Under the pieces are notes generated by a model. The model searched no databases and was not told the DNA's origin. It saw nothing but the letters and a program-made list of their open reading frames with translations. From positions 1 to 6,304 of the IMG/VR virus record IMGVR_UViG_3300008807_000804: a DNA stretch of 6,304 nt; one strand, 5' to 3'. Made by a program: the position numbers and the translations under genes. Of this stretch, positions 1 to 5,151 are shown piece by piece (the stretch's first letter is position 1; the number at the start of each line of letters is the position of its first letter). The stretch is from a virus.

Positions 1-99
1 ATCGGATCGTGCAGGGGCCGCTTCGTTTCTCATTCGAACTGATGGAAACGGCGGACGTGCTCATGAACGCGGTGCGCGTGGACGTGAAAGCCTATGTCG
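1..99. repeat. Terminal redundancy, copy 1 (assembly overlap of a circular molecule)
   Basis: Identical to 6206-6304 when compared block by block. It lies inside the capsid coding sequence and the reading frame is continuous across the junction. Confidence 0.95.
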
Positions 100-1520
100 T
101 GCCGATGCTCGCATTCGAGCGCTTTAATGGTTCGCTGGATGTGCTGAATCGCTCGTGGGAAGGACAGGCTCCCTACCCTGCGCAGTCGGTTGTGCCGTTC
201 TATGAAACGGAAGCTGCGGGCGCTTACAAGTCGAACGATATCCTTGTGTATCTCGGCATGCATCACAAGGTCGGCTCGAACGTGAATACGATGTTCACGG
301 AAGCGTACAACGAAATTTTCAACTTCCGCCTCCGCAACCGCTCCAAGGCGCTCTATGCGTCGGCGGCGCGTAACCGCTTGCAGAAGAACATGGCTCCGGC
401 CTTCTGGAACCATGAAATGTTCCAGCACATTGTGCCGGACTATGACAGCGCCAAGGTTGATGGCTTGGTCAATTTGACGGTCGCCAATGGCAAGATGCCG
501 GTGCGCGGTATCGGCAAAACGTCCACACAAGCCTGGCATGCGGCTGGCGCTACTATTAATAAAGTTGGCGGCACAACGGAAGTCACCACGGCAACGGCGG
601 GCCAGCGCTGGACAGGCGCTTTGACCACCGATGCCGGTATCACGTTGAAGGAAGACCCGCTTAACGCAGGTTTCCCTGATGTGTTCGCTGAATTGCAGTC
701 CAACGGAATTCAGATTTCGTTGGCGAATATTGAGCTTGCCAAGAAGACGCAGGCATTCGCAAGAATTCGTGAGCGCTATGCCGGTTACACCGACGAGTTT
801 CTCGTCAATATGCTGATGGACGGCATTGAATTGCCCGATCAGTATTTGAAGGAGCCGATCCTCGTTGGTGAAGGCTCCACGGTGTTCGGCTTCTCCAAGC
901 GCTACGCGACCGATGCGGCCAATCTGACTGAGCATGTCGCCAACGGCGCAACCTTTGTTGACATGAACATTCGCTGTCCGGTGCTGAACACGGGTGGTGT
1001 CCTTATGATCATCGCGGAGATCACGCCTGAACAACTGTTCGAGCGCCAGAAAAACCCGTGGCTCCATCTGGATAACAACAAGGCGAACCGGCCTGATTTC
1101 GTTCGTGACTTCATGGACCCCGACAAGGTCGATATCGTCACGAATGACCGGATTGATCTCGATCATACTTCGCCGACAACGCGCTTCGGCTATGAGCCCA
1201 TGAATGCGCGGTGGAACAATCTTATTCCGCATATTGGCGGTAAGTTCTTCCGTCCGGTAGCGAATGCGCCGACTGATGAAGACCGGCAGCGCTTCTGGGC
1301 GTCGGAAGCGCTCAACCCGACACTTGGGCCGGAGTTCTACCTCGCGACTACAATCCACACAAAGCCGTTTGCGGACACTGTGTCGGATGTTGCCGAAGTC
1401 GTTATTCAGGGCGACTTGCTTATCAACGGTAATACGCAATTCGGCGCGGGTCTCATTGAAGCCTCCGACGATTACGCCAAGGTGCTTGCGGAAGTCGATC
1501 AGACGAGGGCCAAGCCATGA
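1..1520 (+). CDS. Major capsid protein (Microviridae F/VP1 family), continuation and 3-prime end. The full gene is 6070..6205 joined to 1..1520, giving 551 aa
   Basis: This is the longest + ORF. The first complete codon in the window starts at base 3. The N-terminal pattern ...AGKAVPIY...FELMETADVLMNAVRVDVKAYVVPMLAFERF... resembles the conserved N-terminal strands of microvirus jelly-roll capsid proteins (..AG.lIPI.. then ..P.mdn.......FFVP.RL.W..F). A length of 551 aa is typical of VP1. The stop TGA 1518-1520 overlaps the next start (ATGA). Confidence 0.9.
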   Translation, partial: RIVQGPLRFSFELMETADVLMNAVRVDVKAYVVPMLAFERFNGSLDVLNRSWEGQAPYPAQSVVPFYETEAAGAYKSNDILVYLGMHHKVGSNVNTMFTEAYNEIFNFRLRNRSKALYASAARNRLQKNMAPAFWNHEMFQHIVPDYDSAKVDGLVNLTVANGKMPVRGIGKTSTQAWHAAGATINKVGGTTEVTTATAGQRWTGALTTDAGITLKEDPLNAGFPDVFAELQSNGIQISLANIELAKKTQAFARIRERYAGYTDEFLVNMLMDGIELPDQYLKEPILVGEGSTVFGFSKRYATDAANLTEHVANGATFVDMNIRCPVLNTGGVLMIIAEITPEQLFERQKNPWLHLDNNKANRPDFVRDFMDPDKVDIVTNDRIDLDHTSPTTRFGYEPMNARWNNLIPHIGGKFFRPVANAPTDEDRQRFWASEALNPTLGPEFYLATTIHTKPFADTVSDVAEVVIQGDLLINGNTQFGAGLIEASDDYAKVLAEVDQTRAKP

Positions 1521-1720
1521 GGCGGATCGTCTATCCTTGGTCGTTATCGACCGCGCAAGGGCCGATCGAGTTCGGGCCGAAAGATGATCCGTGGCGTCCT
1601 ATTCATAAGGATAGGGCGGGCGCGGAGGCGTCAATTGAGATGTTCTATCGAGAGAGTGCCGGTGTCGTGTTCGGGGTTCCGTTGCCTGAACACGGATATC
1701 TCTATCCGCACTCCTCCTAG
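1517..1720 (+). CDS. Hypothetical protein, 67 aa
   Basis: ATG 1517 overlaps the capsid stop (ATGA), which suggests translational coupling. It fills the only gap between the capsid gene and the next gene and is on the same strand. I recognise no motif. Confidence 0.45.
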   Translation: MRRIVYPWSLSTAQGPIEFGPKDDPWRPIHKDRAGAEASIEMFYRESAGVVFGVPLPEHGYLYPHSS

Positions 1721-1728
1721 TCCCCTGC

Positions 1729-1757
1729 CCTGCTAGCGGCCTTGGGTCGCTAGCGGG
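1729..1757 (+). terminator. 13-bp stem, 3-nt loop hairpin between ORF67 and ORF210 (possible weak terminator, attenuator or transcript stabiliser)
   Basis: CCTGCTAGCGGCC-TTG-GGTCGCTAGCGGG has 13 pairs including two G-T wobbles. It contains two GCTAGC palindromes and is followed by CCTTTC, which is only a short T run. Confidence 0.35.
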
Positions 1758-1778
1758 CCTTTCAACAAGGAAACAAAC

Positions 1779-2411
1779 ATGACCATCAAACTTGGCAATA
1801 TCGCCGATTGGCGCGTTCTTGAAGGCAAGTCGCTGTCGTTTGTCGCACCGGACTATGACGCCAAAAAGCCGCGCCGTGTGGTGCTGTATGTAAACAGCGA
1901 AGCGGCTTGCAATTGGTATATCCAATCTGCGGAAGGTGAACGATTTCTGGCTGCTTTACCAGCCGGTCTGGAAACGCTCGACTTCGTGTGCAACGGCGAT
2001 TTCGACCTGATGCCAAACAGGGCCGAAGGGGTCGAAATACAGTATTGGACGTCGGAAGCTGAGGAATATTGGACCGAAGGCGACGGCGAAACCTTCTCGA
2101 CCATCTATGAGCGCCAGCCGCGTAATGAGGCTTTGGAATATGTCATGTTCCAAGCCTCTCAGAACCAGCTTCGCCGCGACAAGGCCCATGCGGAAGAGCT
2201 TGCAGCAATTCGGGCCGAAATAGGAGCGATGAATGCAGGACAGTCTGGAATACATGGCGGCTCGGCTGCGCAACATCAGGAACCTGGAGCCTCCGGCTCC
2301 GGTGGTGCGCAAGGCGCGGGTGCGGTTCCGGGAGCGGGAGTGGGAAGCGGCGCGGATGGCAAAGACGGCGCCCAAGGGGCAGACGGAACGCCTAAAGGCG
2401 AAAACCCGTGA
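1779..2411 (+). CDS. Hypothetical acidic protein, 210 aa, with a C-terminal Gly/Ala-rich low-complexity tail. It could be a scaffolding or structural protein, judged by position only
   Basis: ATG 1779 has AAGGA (1766-1770) 8 nt upstream. The N-terminal ~110 aa look beta-rich. A helical, charged segment follows (NQLRRDKAHAEELAAIRAEIGAM), and then GGSAAQHQEPGASGSGGAQGAGAVPGAGVGSGADGKDGAQGADGTPKGENP. The stop TGA 2409-2411 overlaps the next start. Confidence 0.65.
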   Translation: MTIKLGNIADWRVLEGKSLSFVAPDYDAKKPRRVVLYVNSEAACNWYIQSAEGERFLAALPAGLETLDFVCNGDFDLMPNRAEGVEIQYWTSEAEEYWTEGDGETFSTIYERQPRNEALEYVMFQASQNQLRRDKAHAEELAAIRAEIGAMNAGQSGIHGGSAAQHQEPGASGSGGAQGAGAVPGAGVGSGADGKDGAQGADGTPKGENP

Positions 2412-3061
2412 GCATGGCCGATAAGATCAGAGAGGCCGTAAGGCGGGTTGCCGAAAGGCAAGCCGCCCTCCCCGACCCCAATCTGGCCAAACGGGTCTTC
2501 CCCCCTCCCCCGCCGCGTCCTGTGCCCGATACGGGCTACAGTCAAGCGTTGGCGGGGATGGTCGACAAGCTTTATCTGAAGTCGAGTAAATTCGTCGATC
2601 AGCAAATGCGGGCCGATATTAAGGGCGCTCATCCGGCGATAGTCGATTTCTCGCGACTGCTTGTTAGACGTATGGCGGCGCTCGGTGTCCCGATGTACCC
2701 GCATTGCGTCTGGCGGGATCGTGAGGCGCAAGAGAGGGCTTACAGGCTCGGCCATAGCAAAGCCCCGTGGGGTGAAAGTCCTCACAACTTCGGTTGTGCG
2801 GTGGATATCATCCACTCACGCCACCTGTGGGACTTGTCCCCTAGGCAGTGGCAAATTGTCGGCCATGTCGGCAACGAACTGGCGGATGCAATGGGGCTAC
2901 TGCTCGATTGGGGCGGTGATTGGAAGAGATATCCCGATGCGCAGATAGGTTGGGACCCGGCTCATTGGGAGTTGGGCGACTGGCGGCGCGGTAAAGCGCT
3001 GCCTTGGGATGCGGAAAAGCATCCTCGCGAAGCCGACTGGCGCGCTAGAATAGCGCGCTAG
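2408..3061 (+). CDS. Zinc metallopeptidase of the LAS/peptidase M15 type (VanY / L-alanyl-D-glutamate peptidase-like). Putative endolysin, 217 aa
   Basis: Motifs read by eye: CVWRDREAQERAYRLGHSKA (R..xQ...G.SKA), SPHNFGCAVDI (SxHxxGxAxD, with H codon 2783-2785 and D codon 2804-2806), DWGGDW, and DPAHWE (H codon 2963-2965). This is the H...D...H zinc triad arrangement of M15/LAS enzymes. The start is either GTG 2408 (GTGA overlap with the upstream stop, AAGGCG 7 nt upstream) or ATG 2414. Confidence 0.85.
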   Translation: MSMADKIREAVRRVAERQAALPDPNLAKRVFPPPPPRPVPDTGYSQALAGMVDKLYLKSSKFVDQQMRADIKGAHPAIVDFSRLLVRRMAALGVPMYPHCVWRDREAQERAYRLGHSKAPWGESPHNFGCAVDIIHSRHLWDLSPRQWQIVGHVGNELADAMGLLLDWGGDWKRYPDAQIGWDPAHWELGDWRRGKALPWDAEKHPREADWRARIAR

Positions 3062-3099
3062 TTGAGGCGCGGAAAATTTAGCAATAAATTTTCCGCGCC
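3040..3099. other. Two tandem hairpins at the endolysin/rep boundary: an 8-bp stem with GAA loop (3040-3058) and a perfect 15-bp stem with GCAA tetraloop (3066-3099)
   Basis: GCGCGCTA-GAA-TAGCGCGC is the first hairpin. GGCGCGGAAAATTTA-GCAA-TAAATTTTCCGCGCC is the second, checked pair by pair from 3066-3099 down to 3080-3085. No U-tract follows on either strand, so it is not a textbook intrinsic terminator. Confidence 0.6.
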
Positions 3100-3152
3100 C
3101 TCACTCATCTTCTTGTCCCCATGTGCAATTACTGACAGGCAATTATTCAGCG

Positions 3153-4256
3153 ATGTGCAAGTGCCCCACTATGCTCGATGACGGAACGATAATTGGCTGT
3201 CGTTATTGCTCGCAATGCGTGGGCCGGGCAGTTGATGACTGGACGGGCCGTTGCATTGCGGAAAGTATATTTGCAGTCGCTCCGTATTTTCTGTCTCTGA
3301 CCTATGGTCGGGACGAAAACGGGGCGGAAGACCATATCCGGGCGCGGCTGCTAACATACTCGGACATCCAAAAGCTTATGAAGCGCTTTCGCGCGTCCGG
3401 TTATATCCCGCGCTATTTCTGCGTCGGGGAATACGGATCGGCTAAAGGCCGTGCGCATTGGCATGTCCTAATCTTCTGGAAGGATAATTCAGCGGAGATC
3501 GCAAAGCGGATCGAGCACAACGAACTGGTGCGGGCTAAGCTTAAGCGCGGCAAAACGTTGAACGTCCCCGACGGTCCGGTGCCTCCGCATCAGCCTTCCA
3601 CGCGTGACAATCAAGTGCGCCATATTCAGGAGCACTGGCCGCAAGGCTTTTCCACATGGGAAAAGCTCGGCGTCGCGCCTGAAGATACTGCCGCCGCTGT
3701 CCGGTACGTGTGCAAGTACCTCAATAAAGACATAGGCGGTGAAGAAAAACAGGCCATATGCCGTATGTCGAAAGTGCCGCTTCTCGGCGCTGACTGGCTG
3801 CACCATCGTGCGGCCTTGCATGTGGAGGCCGGTTTTTCGCCTCCTGACCTGAAATACGAATTCCCCGGCGTCAATCGCCCGAATGGGGAACGGGTTAAGT
3901 TCATGCTGCGTCCGGGATCGGCTGCGGCAAAACTCTACTGTCAATCTTTCGTGGATCAATGGGCGCGACATCGCCCTGGCCAACATTGGCCACCATCGAA
4001 GTTGATTGACGAATTCATAGACCCCGGCGCTTGGGAAAAGCGCAAAACGGACGAAGGGCAGTACCAATGGGAAAGAAAAGCGGAAGCAATGGAAAAAGCC
4101 GCAACGGCGGCGCGGGAGCTGGAATACGAACTGTGGCTAGAAGCCACGGTGTCAATCGGGCCGCTGCGTTATCCTCAATACCAGCGGGACGCAATGCGCT
4201 CCCCTCCCCTCAAAAGTCCATCGCCGCAACCGGACGTGCCGTTCGGCGGTCTCTGA
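3153..4256 (+). CDS. Rolling-circle replication initiation protein (HUH endonuclease, Microviridae gpA/VP4 type), 367 aa from ATG 3153. An alternative upstream start is GTG 3123
   Basis: Cys-rich N-terminus MCKCP...GCRYCSQCVGRAVDDWTGRCIAE. Motif 1 is FLSLTY (3288-3305). The HUH motif is AHWHVLIF (HWH codons 3456-3464). The double-tyrosine motif is YVCKYLNK (3705-3728), which compares with phiX174 gpA YVAKYVNK. Confidence 0.92.
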   Translation: MCKCPTMLDDGTIIGCRYCSQCVGRAVDDWTGRCIAESIFAVAPYFLSLTYGRDENGAEDHIRARLLTYSDIQKLMKRFRASGYIPRYFCVGEYGSAKGRAHWHVLIFWKDNSAEIAKRIEHNELVRAKLKRGKTLNVPDGPVPPHQPSTRDNQVRHIQEHWPQGFSTWEKLGVAPEDTAAAVRYVCKYLNKDIGGEEKQAICRMSKVPLLGADWLHHRAALHVEAGFSPPDLKYEFPGVNRPNGERVKFMLRPGSAAAKLYCQSFVDQWARHRPGQHWPPSKLIDEFIDPGAWEKRKTDEGQYQWERKAEAMEKAATAARELEYELWLEATVSIGPLRYPQYQRDAMRSPPLKSPSPQPDVPFGGL

Positions 4257-4273
4257 CCGATATAGCGGCTAAG

Positions 4274-4546
4274 ATGGCTGTTGCCCGTTTGGAGCATGAC
4301 AGGCGCGTAGCGGCTGGCTTCCTCGCCGCTCCTAAACCGCAAAAACCTAGGGTGTCTCGGCTCAATATCTCGGCGCTTGACGCCAAAGCACTCAACATAT
4401 CACGGGAGCCTGTGAAAACAGTCGATCATAAAAAATCGCGCGACCATCTAATGACGTGCAAAAAGAGGCCGGACCCCCACAAAAAAGACCGCCACACCGT
4501 AGGGGGCGGATCAGCGGTTAAACGGTTCATCCCGTGGTGCGGCTAA
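4274..4546 (+). CDS. Hypothetical basic protein, 90 aa. Its position matches protein C/VP5 of other microviruses (synteny only)
   Basis: ATG 4274 lies 18 nt after the rep stop. It is Lys/Arg/His-rich (KKSRDH..CKKRPDPHKKDRH). It is the 3-prime part of track ORF 4031..4546, which overlaps the rep C-terminus in another frame. The SD is weak. In gokushoviruses and phiX174 the gene after, or overlapping, the end of rep is VP5/C. Confidence 0.45.
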   Translation: MAVARLEHDRRVAAGFLAAPKPQKPRVSRLNISALDAKALNISREPVKTVDHKKSRDHLMTCKKRPDPHKKDRHTVGGGSAVKRFIPWCG

Positions 4547-4565
4547 AAGGAAAAGGGCAATTGGT

Positions 4566-4601
4566 GGCAGGTTGCAGGGATTTCCCCCCTGCAACCCTGC
4601 C
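4566..4601. other. GC-rich hairpin 1 of the large non-coding region
   Basis: GGCAGGTTGCAGGG-ATTTCCC-CCCTGCAAC(C)CTGCC forms 14 pairs with one bulged C (4597). Confidence 0.55.
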
Positions 4602-4625
4602 TGACCGGCGAGGTCCGGGGGGCAA

Positions 4626-4704
4626 GGTGTCAATAGGGAGTGGTGCGGGCGCAGCCGAAGGCGAGCCACGGTCCCTATTTACACCGCGCTAGGGGCGGAG
4701 CCCC
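4626..4704. other. Long imperfect stem-loop (4626-4685) plus a small hairpin GGGGC-GGA-GCCCC (4692-4704)
   Basis: GGTGTCAATAGGGA (4626-4639) pairs with TCCCTATTTACACC (4672-4685) at 13 of 14 positions. The stem continues inward as GTGG/CCAC (4640-4643 with 4666-4669). An apical GCC-GAA-GGC hairpin sits at 4654-4662. Confidence 0.5.
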
Positions 4705-4817
4705 AGTCCTTTGTGTAAAATTTTAACTATGTGCTTGACAAGTCCGTGACAAATCAGATTTGGGTTGGACTGTAAGTATAGAAACGAATATAAGCGAAGC
4801 TGCTAAGTCTTTCGTTT

Positions 4818-4845
4818 TTCGTGCATAATCTATCTTATGCGACTA
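4818..4845. other. dif-like XerC/XerD-type recombination site candidate (GCATAA-N6-TTATGC)
   Basis: TTCGTGCATAA-TCTATC-TTATGCGACTA was aligned by eye to E. coli dif GGTGCGCATAA-TGTATA-TTATGTTAAAT. This gives 17 of 28 identities, and 15 of 17 across the inner core (positions 6-22). Confidence 0.4.
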
Positions 4846-4881
4846 TCGTTTCGCATAGGGTGCGAATGACGTTCGACGGCG

Positions 4882-4905
4882 TTTCGTTTTGACTTCAAAA
4901 CGAAA
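4882..4905 (+). promoter_or_regulatory. Hairpin abutting and overlapping the ribosome-binding site of ORF78
   Basis: TTTCGTTTTG-ACTT-CAAAACGAAA has a 10-bp stem. Its 3-prime arm ends inside the AAAGG SD (4903-4907), which lies 7 nt before ATG 4915. Confidence 0.45.
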
Positions 4906-4914
4906 GGTTTGTTT

Positions 4915-5151
4915 ATGAAATCAATTCTCCTGCGGCTTTCGCGTCCGATCCTAGAACGGGTCGGAACCATGATTGCCGCCTACTTGATCGCGCGCGGTGT
5001 CGATAGCGACTTGGCGGCGCAACTGATGAACGGCGCGATGGCGATCGCCTTTCTCGTTCTCGATACGCTGACTTCGTCGGTCTATCGGGAGCATGACGAA
5101 AAGCGGCTTTATGCCGAAATCTACGACCGCATGACAAAGGAGGTCGCCTAG
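4915..5151 (+). CDS. Small moderately hydrophobic protein, 78 aa, with a charged C-terminus. It is a candidate membrane or holin-like protein
   Basis: ATG 4915 has AAAGG 7 nt upstream (the track starts at TTG 4909). Hydrophobic stretches are VGTMIAAYLIA and GAMAIAFLVLDTL. The tail is charged: REHDEKRLYAEIYDRMTKEVA. It ends at TAG 5149-5151, in the same frame as the following pilot-protein ORF. Confidence 0.55.
   Translation: MKSILLRLSRPILERVGTMIAAYLIARGVDSDLAAQLMNGAMAIAFLVLDTLTSSVYREHDEKRLYAEIYDRMTKEVA

Larger units (their letters stand above)
4705..4914 (+). promoter_or_regulatory. AT-rich control region upstream of the ORF78/pilot/J-like/capsid gene block. Contains promoter-like hexamers
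   Basis: GC content drops abruptly here relative to the rest of the genome. There is a perfect -35 hexamer TTGACA (4735-4740), but no good -10 at 16-18 nt. TTGGAC (4765-4770) is followed after 18 nt by TATAAG (4789-4794). CATAAT sits at 4824-4829. No promoter can be assigned with confidence by eye. Confidence 0.3.

Noticed and set aside
1-99. Terminal direct repeat interpreted as an LTR, a target-site duplication or att sites of an integrated element
   Set aside because: The repeat lies inside one continuous capsid reading frame, and no non-phage flanking sequence exists in the window. Overlap from assembling a circular molecule is the simpler explanation.
30-1439. 469-aa ORF on the minus strand, nearly as long as the capsid gene
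   Set aside because: It is an exact antisense shadow of the capsid gene. Its composition is Arg/His/Val-rich and low-complexity, which is typical of the reverse frame of a GC-rich coding sequence. It has no recognisable motif, and all hallmark microvirus genes are on the + strand.
1264-1587. 107-aa + strand ORF overlapping the capsid 3-prime end in another frame
   Set aside because: Its Arg/Ser/Thr-rich sequence (RRKRSTRHLGRSSTSRLQSTQSRLR) is what an off-frame reading of GC-rich coding DNA produces. It has no SD, and the region after 1517 is better explained by the coupled ORF67. Overprinting cannot be excluded without comparative data.
1599-2815. Several minus-strand ORFs (1599..1925, 1786..2016, 1853..2104, 1956..2375, 2276..2815)
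   Set aside because: All are antisense to well-supported + strand genes. They are Arg/Pro/Ser-rich, have no motifs, and overlap one another in different frames.
2233-2948. Internal + strand alternative-frame ORFs 2233..2424 and 2661..2948
   Set aside because: They are embedded out of frame in ORF210 and the M15 peptidase gene. They have Arg-rich composition and no ribosome-binding site.
3066-3099. Calling the 15-bp hairpin a rho-independent terminator
   Set aside because: No U/T tract follows the stem on either strand (CTCACTCATC downstream, CTCAACTAGC on the complement). It is therefore listed as a structural element of unknown role instead.
3147-4398. Minus-strand ORFs antisense to rep (3147..3335, 3169..3357, 3489..4067, 3626..3904, 3956..4147, 4210..4398) and + ORF 3251..3445
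   Set aside because: These are shadow frames of the Rep gene, whose own frame carries all three HUH-Rep motifs. Nothing independent supports them.
4560-4705. tRNA or other small RNA gene in the GC-rich structured segment
   Set aside because: It has no cloverleaf geometry, no GTTCGAATC-like T-loop, and no acceptor stem with the appropriate spacing. The stems are long simple hairpins, which fit ssDNA structural elements better.
4735-4763. sigma70-type promoter anchored on the perfect TTGACA at 4735-4740
   Set aside because: The hexamers 16-18 nt downstream (GATTTG, ATTTGG, TTTGGG) are nothing like TATAAT, so no promoter is called from this alone. Only a low-confidence regulatory region is reported.
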